Assembly (NCBI RefSeq): GCF_963921235.1
Contig: NC_086107.1
Location: 95,048,001 to 95,112,000 of the forward strand
Length of the DNA: 64,000 bases
DNA from: Mobula hypostoma
Taxonomy: Eukaryota
Direction of reading: 5' to 3'
The notes beneath the pieces were generated by a model that searched no databases, was not told the origin of the DNA, and worked only from the letters and a program-made list of their open reading frames with translations. Both the position numbers and the translations under genes were made by a program. This document shows positions 26,066 through 37,090 of this stretch, piece after piece. Position 1 is the stretch's first letter. Each line of letters opens with the position of its first letter.

Positions 26066-27010
26066 TCAGACACAGAGTACATCTCCCTCCACACCGTCCC
26101 ATCACACACTCCCGGGGTCAGACACAGAGTGAAGCTCCCTCCACACCGTCCCATCACACACTCCCGGGGTCAGACACAGAGTGAAGCTCCCTCCGCACCG
26201 TCCCGTCACTCACTCCCGGGGTCAGACACAGAGTGAAGCTCCCTCCACACCGTCCCATCACACACTCCCGGGGTCAGACACAGAGTGAAGCTCCCTCCGC
26301 ACCGTCCCGTCACTCACTCCCGGGGTCAGGCACAGAGTGAAGCTCCTTCCACACCGTCCCTTCACACACTCCCGGGGTCAGACACAGAGTGAAGCTCCCT
26401 CCGCACCGTCCCGTCACTCACTCCCGGGGTCAGACACAGAGTGAAGCTCCCTCCACACCGTCCCATCACACACTCCCGGGGTCAGACACAGAGTGAAGCT
26501 CCCTCCTCACCGTCCCATCACTCACTCCCGGGGTCAGACACAGAGTGAAGCTCCCTCCACACCGTCCCATCACACACTCCCGGGGTCAGACACAGAGTGA
26601 AGCTCCCTCCACACCGTCCCGTCACACACTCCCGGGGTCAGACACAGAGTGAAGCTCCCTCCGCACCGTCCCGTCACTCACTCCCGGGGTCAGACACAGA
26701 GTGAAGCTCCTTCCACACCGTCCCATCACACACTCCCGGGGTCAGACACAGAGTGAAGCTCCCTCCACACTGTCCCATCACACACTCCCGGAGACGCACA
26801 CAGAGTACATCTCCCGCCACACCGTCCCGTCACACACTCCCGGGGTCAGGCACAGAGTGAAGCTCCTTCCACACTGTCCCATCACACACTCCCGGGGTCA
26901 GACACAGAGTGAAGCTCCCTCCACACTGTCCCATCACACACTCCCAGGGTCAGACACAGAGTACATCTCCCGCCACACCGTCCTGTCACTCACTCCCGGA
27001 GTCAGACACA
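26066..27010. repeat. 52-bp minisatellite, about 18 copies
   Basis: Unit gacacagagtgaagctccctccacaccgtcccatcacacactcccggggtca; also at 28490-28670 and inverted at ~9330-9716 and 10783-10820. Confidence 0.95.
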
Positions 27011-27557
27011 CTCACTCAAAGGGTCAGAATCAGGTTTAATATCACTGGCATATGTCATGAAATTTGTTGTTATGTGGCAGCAGTATATTTCAATACATAA
27101 TAAAATCTGAATTGTAAAAAGTATATACATATAAAAAGTTAAATTAAATAAGTAGTGCAACAATGAAAAGTAGTGAGGCAGTGTTCATGGGTTCAATGTC
27201 CATTCAGAAATCTCTTGACAGGGGAAGAAGCTAGTCCTGAATCACTGACTCCTGTACCTCCTCCCTGATGAGAAGAGGGCATGTCCTGGGTGATGGGGGT
27301 CCCTAATGATGGATGCTGCCTCTCTGAGGTACCACTCCCTGAAGATGTCCTGCCTGCTGGGGAGGCCAGTGTCCATGATGAAGCTGAGTTTACAACTCTC
27401 TGCAGCTTATTTGGATCCTGTTCAATGCCACCCCCCCCCCCCCCCACAATACTAGGTGGTGATGCAGCCAGTCAGAATGCTCTCCACGATATATCTGTAG
27501 AAACTTACCTGTGTCTTTGGTGACATACCAGATCTCAAGCTCCTAATGAAATATAGC

Positions 27558-27938
27558 CCCCCTCCCCTTCACCATTCCCTTCTCACCCTATCTCCTTAGC
27601 TGCCCATCACCTCCCTCTGGTGCTTCTCTCGCTTCCCTTTCTTCCATGGTCTTCTGTCCTCTCCCATCAGATTCCCCCTTCTCCAGCCCTTTATCTCTTT
27701 CACCAATCGACTTCCCAGATTTTACTTCATCCATTCCTCCCACCTTCCTGGTTTCACTTACCACCTCCCCCATCTTCTTACTCTCACCTCATCTTTTTTC
27801 TCCAGTCCTGATGAAGGGTCTCGGCCTGAAACGTCAATTGTTTACTCTTTTCCACAGATGCTGCCTGGCCTGCTGAGTTCCTCCAGCATTTTGTGTGTGT
27901 TGCTTGGATTTCCAGCATCTGCAGATTTTCTCCTGCTA
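27558..27938 (+). mobile_element. Penelope-like 3' end/pseudo-LTR inserted in a Rex1 fragment
   Basis: 13-bp TSD aatgaaatatagc (27545-27557; 27939-27951); same terminus as copies at ~524-655, 16563-16830, 17780-17915, 23734-23838, 31038-31136, 50232-50330, 50535-50660 and 54635-54690. Confidence 0.75.
27803..27840 (+). ncRNA. Minimal type I hammerhead ribozyme motif
   Basis: cagtc-CTGATGA-agggtctcggcct-GAAA-c-GTC-aattg; stem I has one mismatch. Confidence 0.6.
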
Positions 27939-28892
27939 AATGAAATATAGCTGCCGTCTTGCTTTCTTTGTAACTACGTCGATATGTTGGGCCCAAGTTA
28001 GATCCTCACAGAAGTTGCCACCCAGGAACTTGAAATTCCTCACCCTCTCCATTTCTGATCCCTCAATGACGATTGGTTCGTTTTCCCTTGTCTTAACCTT
28101 TCTGAAGTCCACAATCAATTCTCTGGTCTTATTGACAATGAGTGCAAAGTTGTTCTTGCGACACTGCTCAGCTAGTTGACCTCTCTCGCTCTTGTATGCC
28201 TTCTTGTCATCATCTGAAATTCTGCCAACAGTAGTTCAATTATCAACAAATTTTCAGGCGGTGTTTGAGCTGTGCTGAACCATACAGTCGTGGTACAGAG
28301 AGATTGGAACAATGGGCCATGTTGATAATCAGTGATGAGGAGATGCTATCTCTGTGGTCTCCTGGTATGGAAGTCAAGGATCTAGTTGCAGAGAGAAGCA
28401 CAGAGGCCCAGGTTTTGGAGTTTTTTTTAAAATCAGACCTGTAGGAATGACTGTATTAAACACTGAGCTGTAGCTAATTAACAGTAGCCACAGAGTGAAG
28501 CTCCCTCTGCACTGTCCCATCACACACTCCCGGGGTCGGACACAGAGTGAAGCTCCCTCTGCACTGTCCCATCACACACTCCCGGGGTCGGACACAGAGT
28601 GAAGCTCCCTCTGCACTGTCCCATCACACACTTCCGATGTCAGACATAGAGTGAAGCTCCCTCTACACCTCCATTCTGCTATTCTATTCTGACCTGACTG
28701 TAGTCACTATTCCTGCCTGGGTTTTACGTGCAGTGGTAGTCAGGGTGTTGGTGTTATCTATTCATGCCTCTGTGCCCAACTGTCTTCGCCTCTGTCTGAC
28801 TGTGGTTACAGTGTTGCTCTCTGTATCAATTTGCCTGTTGCTCCCACAGCGTTCATTCCTTGACACTCATTCTCAGGCTGTTAATGTTACAG

Positions 28893-28985
28893 ACCTACTC
28901 CCGTATTCTGATAACCTTACGGAACTGCCAACGAAGAATTCCACACAACTGTCCCGTGATCAAATCAGAATCCCTACACAAAGAG
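28893..28985 (+). CDS. KREMEN2: Candidate extra Kremen2 exon (Ser/Thr-rich N-terminal spacer)
   Basis: gttacag|ac...aga g|gtgggt; 93 nt, phase 1-1, open frame DLLPYSDNLTELPTKNSTQLSRDQIRIPTQR. Confidence 0.5.
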
Positions 28986-29314
28986 GTGGGTGTCTCTGGG
29001 GGAGAGACGGGACTGTAGGGGAAGGAGGCAGAATCAGAGATAGGAAGGGGCACGGGGAGGGTTTGCAGAGATGGGGAGGAGGGGTGTAGGGAGGGCAAAC
29101 ATACACATACACACACACTCTCTCTCGTGCGCAATCTTTCTTGCACTCTCCCTCCAGTGCTCCCCTCTCTCTCTCTCCTGTGCTCCCCTCTCTCTCTCCT
29201 GTGCTCCTGCCCCCCCCCTCTCTCCCGTGCTCCCGCCCCTCTCTCTCTCTTTGTCCTGTGCTCCTTCCCTCTCTCGTTCCTGGTGTGTTCCAAATCAGGT
29301 GGATATGAGGATGG

Positions 29315-29665
29315 GAACTGTGCACGATGCTACTGGTGTGGGTCTGACCCGGGGGATATGGAGACACGAACTGTGCACGATGCTCCTGGTGTGGGTCTGA
29401 CCCGGGGGATATGGAGACACGAACTGTGCACGATGCTCCTGGTGTGGGTCTGACCCGGGGGATATGGAGACACGAACTGTGCACGATGCTCCTGGTGTGG
29501 GTCTGACCCGGGGGATATGGAGACACGAACTGTGCACGATGCTCCTGGTGTGGGTCTGACCCGGGGGATATGGAGACACGAACTGTGCACGATGCTCCTG
29601 GTGTGGGTCTGACCCGGGGGATATGGAGACACGAACTGTGCACGGTGATGCCGGAGTGGGTCTGT
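29315..29665. repeat. 53-bp minisatellite, about 6.5 copies
   Basis: Unit gaactgtgcacgatgctcctggtgtgggtctgacccgggggatatggagacac; diverged related array at ~12375-12700. Confidence 0.93.
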
Positions 29666-29705
29666 CACTGGAATCTCTGACCTGGCTGATCTCCAGTCTC
29701 TCCAG

Positions 29706-29877
29706 GAGTCTCAGAGTGTTTCCAGGTGAATGGAGCCGATTACCGGGGCAACCAGGACCAGACGTCTGTCGAGAACGGGAAGCGGTGCTTGTACTGGAAC
29801 GAAACGCGCCAGCACGCTTACAACACGCGTGTGTACCCCAACGGGGAATGGGGGCTGGGGAATCATAACTACTGCCG
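29706..29877 (+). CDS. KREMEN2: Kremen2 kringle domain exon a
   Basis: GVSECFQVNGADYRGNQDQTSVENGKRCLYWNETRQHAYNTRVYPNGEWGLGNHNYCR; canonical AG/GT; human KREMEN2 has GLSECFQVNGADYRG. Confidence 0.95.
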
Positions 29878-30476
29878 GTGGGTATCATGATCTCGCTCCC
29901 CACCTCGCATATTCCCCTTTTCCTCCACCGTTCCCCTCCTCCCCCCATCCTCCCACCCCCTTCTTTCCTCTCCTCCCCACTCCTCTTGCTCTTCTCCTTT
30001 CCTTCCACTCTCCCCTCACTCTTCTTCTCCTCCTCCCCATCCCCCCCTCCCCTGTCCATTCCCCCTCCTCCCCTCTCCATTCCCCCTCCCCCTCTCCATT
30101 CCCCCTCTGCTTCCCCTACCTGACTGTCTCCCCTCCACACGCCGTCCTCCTACTCTCCCCTCCATTCCTCTACTCCCCCGCCCTCTCTTCTCTCCTAGTC
30201 ATCCCCTCCCCATCCTATCCTCCCTTCCCCACCCCTCACCCCATTACTGCCCTCTCCCTATCTCCCCTCTCACCTCACCCTCCCTCCTTGCTGCCCCGCC
30301 TTCCTCCTCACCACCCCTCAGCGCTCATTACCTCTACCCCCAACTCTCCCTGGTGGACTCTTGCACCCACCCCCCCAGCACCCTGACTGTCACCCCACCC
30401 CAGCCCGTGATGTACAGCCTCACCTTTCCCTCACCCCCCGAGGCTGACGGACTCTCGTCCCTCCCTGGTGTGGTAG

Positions 30477-30568
30477 GAACCCGGACGGTGATGTACAGCC
30501 GTGGTGTTACATCTCGGAGAGCGAGGAAGGCATTTACTGGAAGTACTGCAGTATCCCCAGCTGTACAA
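30477..30568 (+). CDS. KREMEN2: Kremen2 kringle domain exon b
   Basis: NPDGDVQPWCYISESEEGIYWKYCSIPSCT; tag|g...a|gtgagt. Confidence 0.95.
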
Positions 30569-31103
30569 GTGAGTACCCTCACATCGTCGCTGACCCACTC
30601 GCCCCTTGCACGCTCACAAATGTATCATTTCTTGCTTCCTGGTTGACTACTGCACATCCACCAATGCACTAATTCCCTGCACACTCACCAGTGCACTGAT
30701 TTCTACACACTTGCCAACACACTGAATTACTTTCTCACTCACTAATCTATTCACCTCTCACCAGTGCACCCATATCTTCTTACTAATGTGTGCATGTCTT
30801 GCACACTCACCAATGATTGGTTTCTTGTACACTTGCCAATGCACTAATTTCAGGCATGCTCATTTACACACTATTTTCTAGCATACTTGCCATGCACTGA
30901 ATTCTTACCCACTGGTGCACAGAATCCTTGCACACTTGCCATTGCACCATTTTCTCACATGCTTGCCAGTGCGATGATCTCCTCTCACCAAGTGCCCTAT
31001 GCACCAATTTTGTGCACACTCACAAGTGCAGTAGGTTAAGCAACACACATCAAAGTTGCTGGTGAACGCAGCAGGCCAGGCAGCATCTCTAGGAAGCGGT
31101 GCA

Positions 31104-31137
31104 GTCGACGTTTCAGGCCGAGACCCTTCGTCAGGAC
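31104..31137 (-). ncRNA. Minimal type I hammerhead ribozyme motif
   Basis: Minus strand gtc-CTGACGA-agggtctcggcct-GAAA-c-GTC-gac; insertion flanked by 9-bp TSD cagtaggtt (31029-31037; 31137-31145). Confidence 0.6.
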
Positions 31138-31495
31138 AGTAGGTTCTTGCACATACGCACAAATGTGCACATTTCCTGAACCCTTGCAAGCACACTTTTC
31201 TGTGCGCTAATTCCCAAATGCTTTCAGCTGCACCAACTCTTGCAGGCAAGAACACCAATTTCTCCACGGAAATGCAATAGTTTCTGGCACACTCACTCAC
31301 AAATGTACTAGTTTCTTGCACACCCAATGCACTATTCCCTGTACACTATGCACTAGCCTCCTACTCTTACTCACAAATGCACACGTGCACCCCCTTTTGT
31401 GAATGCCCCCACCCCTACCGAACATGCAGCCTGTGGGGGGGGGGTGCAGACCGCTGCCAGTTGGAGCCCCACTTACCCCCCGCCCATCTCCACAG

Positions 31496-31620
31496 TGCCA
31501 GGCTACCTGGGCTGCTTCGTGGATACGGGGAGCCCGGCGACGCTGAGTGGCAGCAGCGGCACCTCCACCAAACTCACGGTCCAGGTCTGCGTCCGGTTCT
31601 GCCGCAGGAAGGGCTACGAG
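31496..31620 (+). CDS. KREMEN2: Kremen2 WSC domain exon a
   Basis: MPGYLGCFVDTGSPATLSGSSGTSTKLTVQVCVRFCRRKGYE; cacag|tg...gag|gtaggc. Confidence 0.95.
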
Positions 31621-32732
31621 GTAGGCTCTGCCACGGACGGTGGGTGTGGGGAACCGTTCACACTCCCCGCTAGCAGTGCATGGCCACCCTGTATACATTA
31701 TCACCTGTGTGCGTGCATCTCCCTGTATACACGCTCGCCAGCAGTGCATTCCGCACACGACTTCATACATGATTCTCCCCGTGTGCATGCAGCTTCCCGC
31801 ACACATCACGCTGCCCGACCTGCTGAGTTCCTCCAGCGTGTTGTGAGTGTTGCTTTGGCCCCAGCATCTGCAGAGTATCATTGCCCGCGCACATCGCCCT
31901 GCATGCACACTCACTGGTGTGCACACGAATCCACGTGCAAATGCTCGCCAGCTCTCCTGCTGCAGTCCGCACCCCAGCTTTGCTGCCCTGTCTACGCGCA
32001 TTTCTTCATAAATTATATTTATGAAATAGAATTTCTTTATTTTCCTGCAAGAAAACGAATCTCAGGGTACCATTTGGTAACATTATATGTATTATGACTT
32101 TGACCTCGTCGCGTTTGTACTTTCCTGTGGTCCTCACGGACTTGCATCGGCTTGCGTTCGGAGGGGTGCTGAGAGAACGTCTCGGCCCTGGTGGCGTCGG
32201 GAGGGGGAGCCAAGTTGCCTGCTTACGGGAGCAGGGCAGGAGTGGAGAGGGGCGCCCCTCCCCCCGCATTCCAGTGGAGTGAGAGCCGATGATAGTGCGT
32301 GTGTGAGTGAGAGTGTGTCTGCCCTTGTGTGCCCGAGTTGTCTGTGTGCATCACTTTGGTGTCTGTGTGTGTGATTTTGAGTGTGCATCTTCGTGTGTGA
32401 GTGTGTGTGCCAATCGTTCTGCGTCGTGTTAGTGTGTACCGGGGTGCTGAGTGTGCGAGGGGTGAGGATGGGCAGAGACCCCAGCCCCGAGATCCGTAGG
32501 AGGGAATAGGTAACGGGGTTGGGGTTGTTAGACCCACCATTGCCGCCCCCCCCCCACCGTAGTGCACAGTACAGGACGAGAGGGGGGCCTTGGAGAGGTG
32601 TGGTGAGTCAGAGAGGTGATGGGAGGAGGGAGACGTGAGTTGGACGAACGTTGGACGGGGGGGGGCGGTTGGCTGAGTCGGGACCACCAGATCTTCATCA
32701 CCGCTCTCCCCCCCCCCCCCCCACCACCTTAG

Positions 32733-32886
32733 TTGGCAGGACTGGAGGCGGGATACGCCTGTTTCTGCGGCAGCCGGTCGGACCTGCGCGGACAGAGACG
32801 GACCAGCCTGCTGGAGTGCAACCAAGTCTGCTTCGGGCAGTCCAGCCAGCTGTGTGGGGGCGACGGGCGTCTCGGGGTCTACGAGG
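32733..32886 (+). CDS. KREMEN2: Kremen2 WSC domain exon b
   Basis: LAGLEAGYACFCGSRSDLRGQRRTSLLECNQVCFGQSSQLCGGDGRLGVYE; ttag|...g|gtgagt. Confidence 0.95.
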
Positions 32887-33383
32887 GTGAGTCTGGGGGG
32901 AGGGGAGAGGGGAGAAGGAGGGAGTGAAGGGGGGAAGGTGGGGAGAGGAGAAAGGGAAGGGAGAAGATCCCAGACAGGGGAAGTCTTTCTCAGGGAAGGG
33001 GAGAAGCAGAGGCTTGAGGGAGAGGGGAGGGTCACAGTGGATTGGGAAGGGAGGGACCGGGCAGGAGAATGGGAACTAGAGGACTGGGAGGGGGAAAGGA
33101 GAGCAGGGATTTGGAAAGGAGAGGATACAAGAGGGGTGGGGGTGGGGGAGGGGGAAGGTCCCAGGAGAAAGAGGGAAGGTGAGGAGAGAGAGGGGAGAGT
33201 GAAGGGATGGGGAGGAGAGTGGAGGGGGAGAGAGGAGATTGGGAAGGTGAGGGGGAGAGAGGGGAGAGTGAAGGGATGGGGAGAGGAGATTGAGGAGGTG
33301 AAGGGTGAGCAGTGTGGATTGGGAGGGAGAATGGGAGAGGGGAGGAGTATTCCTTAACCCTTCCCCTTCCTTCTCTCCCCCAG

Positions 33384-33716
33384 TGTCCGTGGGGTCATGT
33401 GGGGGAGATCTGCGCTCCCGCTCTGGTGTAATCTACTCCCCAGAATACCCGGATACCTACAAGCCAGACTCGGAGTGTTTCTGGGACCTGCGGCTACCAG
33501 CCGCCCAGGCCGTTGAACTGGACATCCGCCTGTTTGAGCTGCGAGAGGGGGGCGACCGGCTGGAAGTGCAGGAGGGGCGGACAGGGCTGCAGCTGGCCAC
33601 CTTCGCTGGGGGGAGCTCCCCCCTGGGGACCCACCGCTTCCACGCCAGCTGGATCCGGCTCCGGTTCCTCTCCAACTCTGTCCACCAGGGTCAGGGATTC
33701 GCACTGGTTTACCGAG
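33384..33716 (+). CDS. KREMEN2: Kremen2 CUB domain exon
   Basis: VSVGSCGGDLRSRSGVIYSPEYPDTYKPDSECFW...FLSNSVHQGQGFALVYRG; canonical splice sites. Confidence 0.95.
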
Positions 33717-34062
33717 GTGAGATCTGGGGAAGGCTCACTCGCTTCACTAATCCCACCTCTTCACTCCGCCTCTCCCTCCCTCCCTCCCTCCCTCCAGTCC
33801 AGCCCCCAAACTCACTCCGTGCCAGTCAACAGAGGCTCCCTCAAAGTGTCATGACCCTCCCTCTTCCCCCTCCTCCTCCCCACTCCTTTCATCCCCTTCA
33901 CACTGATCTACAGAGGCGAGATCTGGGTGGGGGAGGCTAGCTTGCTCCACACAGCCCCAACCTCCTGACCCTCTTCACTTCACCTCTCTCCTCCTTTATC
34001 TTCCTTGCCCCCTCATCACCTCTATTCCCTTTTCCCTCTCCCTCTCTCCCCCACCATCGCTT

Positions 34063-35075
34063 TACACACTCCTGGGTCAGACGTAGAGTGAGGTTCCCTC
34101 CACACACTCCTGGGTCAGGTATATGGTGACGTTCCCTCCACACACTCCTGGGGTCAGACGTAGAGTGATGTTCCCTCCACACACTCCTGGGTCACATGTA
34201 GAGTGACGATCCCTCCACACACTCCTGGGTCAGACGTAGAGTGACGTTCCCTCCACACACTCCTGGGTCAGACGTAGAGTGACGTTCCCTCCACACACTC
34301 ATGGGGTCAGACGTAGAGTGACGTTCCCTCCACACACTCCTGGGGTCAGACGTAGAGTGACGTTCCCTCCACACACTCCTGGGGTCAGACGTAGAGTGAC
34401 GTTCCCTCCACACACTCCTGGGTCAGACGTAGAGTGATGTTCCCTCCACACACTCCTGGGTCACATGTAGAGTGACGTTTCCTCCACACACTCCTAGGGT
34501 CAGATGTGGAGTGACGTTCCCTCCACACACTCTTGGGTCACATGTAGAGTGACGTTCCCTCCACACATTCCTGGGGTCAGACATAGAGTGACGTTCCCTC
34601 CACACACTCCTGGGGTCAGACGTACAGTGACGTTCCCTCCACACACTCCTGGGTCACATGTAGAGTGACGTTCCCTCCACACACTCCTGGGTCAGGTATA
34701 CGGTGACGTTCCCTCCACACACTCCTGGGTCACATGTAGAGTGACGTTCCCTCCACACACTCCTGGGTCAGACGTAGAGTGACGTTCCCTCCACACACTC
34801 CTGGGTCAGACGTAGAGTGACGTTCCCTCCACACACTCCTGGGGTCAGACATAGAGTGACGTTCCTTCCACACATTCCTGGGTCAGATGTAGAGTGATGT
34901 TCCCTCCACACACTCCTGGATCAGATGTAGAGTGACGTTCCCTCCACACACTCCTGGATCAGACACAGAGTGGAATTCCCTCCACACCATCCCATCACAC
35001 ACTCCTAGGATCAGACACAGAGTGGAGCTCCCTCTACACCATTGCATCACACACTTTCGGAGTCAGATACAGGGT
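34063..35075. repeat. 38/39-bp minisatellite grading into the 52-bp unit
   Basis: Unit cagacgtagagtgacgttccctccacacactcctgggt. Confidence 0.95.
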
Positions 35076-35136
35076 GAAGGATTGGGATTGACCCCTGGCC
35101 TCAGTCATACCAACCTGCCTTTGAATTTTGACCCAG

Positions 35137-35247
35137 GTCTGGAGAATGATGACGTCAGAACATGGACAGAAGCCCCAAGATCCTCCCCCACGGAGACCAA
35201 GGGGTTGGAGACCGGACGTTCGAACAGGATGATGACCGGAATAGCAG
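35137..35247 (+). CDS. KREMEN2: Kremen2 juxtamembrane stalk exon
   Basis: acccag|gt...gca g|gtatgg; phase 1-1, GLENDDVRTWTEAPRSSPTETKGLETGRSNRMMTGIA. Confidence 0.75.
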
Positions 35248-35754
35248 GTATGGGGATGGAGAAGGGCTGGGGGAGTCACTCCGTCCTTTCCCCCCCACCA
35301 CGCTCCCCCAGGAACACAGAGGCGGGTACTAGATGGGGCAGAAAGGATGTTGTGGAATGAGGGTGGAGAAGGGGGGGATGAAAGAGAGGAGGGTTAAAGG
35401 AAAGGGGATAGGGGAAAGAGGGGCTGAGGCGGGAGAGAGAGGAGGGTGTAGAGTGTCGGCTGTGAGTGAGGGATGGTAGTGAGAGTGAGGTGCAGGGAGG
35501 GAGGGGGTGTGTCCCCAGTCACTGGGAGCTGCAGCAACACCTGATTCACCAGAGGGGTGAGCTGTGAGCAGGGAAGGAGGCACCATGGGTTGGGTCGGAA
35601 CCAGGTGTCGTCCTCTGTCCCTGTGTCCCTCTTTCTTCCTGCCATTCTTGTCTTTGGCTGTTGCGAGAGTGTTGTTTGGGGCGGGTAGGGAGGATCATCG
35701 GGGGGGGGGTCTCCTCCCAGGTTCTAACTCCCTCCCATTTCTCTCCTGTTCTAG

Positions 35755-35827
35755 CCTGGGCCATGTACACAGCCGTCACTCTAACAGGCATCATTATCCT
35801 TGTCACAGTGTGTCACCTGCACAAGAG
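35755..35827 (+). CDS. KREMEN2: Kremen2 transmembrane exon
   Basis: ttctag|cc...ag|gtaaga; AWAMYTAVTLTGIIILVTVCHLHK hydrophobic segment. Confidence 0.85.
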
Positions 35828-35829
35828 GT

Positions 35830-36710
35830 AAGACTCACCGTCCTCTCCCCCGTCTGAAACTGGGCATCAGACACACTGTCCTCTCCCGTTCCCTCACCTC
35901 CAGGGTCTGGGCATCAGACACACCATCCTCTCCCGTTCCCCCCCCCCCACCCCCAGGGTCTGGACATCAGACTCACTGTCCTCTCCCCCCGTCTAGGACT
36001 GGACATCAGACTCACCGTCCTCTCCCGTTCCCCCTCCCCCCCGCAGGGTCTGGGCATCAGACACACTGTCCTCTCCCGTTTCCCCCCCCCACCCCCAGGA
36101 TCTGGGCATCAGACACACCATCCTCCCCCGTTCCCCCACCCCCAGGGTCTGGACTTCAGACACACTGTCCTCTCCCGTTCTCCCCACCCCCACCCCCAGG
36201 GTCTGGACATCAGACACACTGTCCTCTCCCGTTCCCCCACCCCCAGGGTCTGGACATCAGACACACTGTCCTCTCCCGTTCTCCCCACCCCCACCCCCAG
36301 GAACTGGGCATCAGACACACCATCCTCCCCCGTTCCCCCACCCCCAGGGTCTGGACATCAGACACACTGTCCTCTCCCGTTCTCCCCACCCCCATCCCCA
36401 GGGTCTGGACATCAGACACACTGTCCTCTCCCGTTCCCCCACCCCCAGGGTCTGGACATCAGACACACTGTCCTCTCCCGTTCTCCCCACCCCCACCCCC
36501 ACCCCCAGGGTCTGGACATCAGACACACTGTCCTCTCCCGTTCTCCCCACCCCCACCCCCAGGGTCTGGACATCGGACTCACCATCCTCTCCCCTGTTTG
36601 GGACCAGGGGTCAGGCACACTGTCTTCTGCTCCACTCTGGGATTTGGCATCAGACTCAACATCCTCCACCCCCTTTGGGACTGGGCGTCAGGCACACTGT
36701 CCTCTCCTCT
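35830..36710. repeat. ~50-bp variable minisatellite
   Basis: Core gggtctggacatcagacacactgtcctctcccgtt plus C runs; degenerate inverted relative at ~3040-3290. Confidence 0.9.
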
Positions 36711-36867
36711 ATCTGGGATTGTACATCTATCTCTTCTCCTCCTCCCTCTGTGACTGGATGTTGGACATCTACCTTTCCCCTCGCCGCCTTCTGCCTGTGT
36801 GACAACCCTGTCTGTTCTCTTCCACTGACATTTCTCCCCCCTCTCTCCAACCATGCCCTCCCCCAAG

Positions 36868-37090
36868 CACCTGCACTCGAATTCAGCAGAAGATGGCGTT
36901 GGGCCTCTTGGCATTGAGAAGGCAGTCAGATCTCGGCACTTGCCACACCACCAAAGGCTGGGCAGTCACCTACAAGCATTCGACAGAGGTCCTTGTGGGG
37001 CCTTCCACAGCCCAGAGTGTGGGGGCTGATTTGGCCTCTCCCGACACCCTCTCCAGCTCCTCTCTTAAATCCCTCCTCAACAGCAACTAG
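36868..37090 (+). CDS. KREMEN2: Kremen2 cytoplasmic tail, last coding exon
   Basis: ccccaag|c acc tgc...tag; contains WAVTY and SSSSLKSLLNSN*, resembling the human KREMEN2 tail (WAVWY, SSQSSLRSLISAL); the AAG acceptor is less certain. Confidence 0.8.

Noticed and set aside
26066..27010. Possible CRISPR array (regular repeats; also 29315-29665 and 34063-35075)
   Set aside because: Head-to-tail units without unique spacers, no cas genes, and a vertebrate intronic context: these are minisatellites.
29706..33716. KREMEN1 or a plasminogen-family kringle gene
   Set aside because: The kringle-WSC-CUB order defines Kremen; the residues, the C-terminal tail and adjacency to PAQR4 favour KREMEN2.
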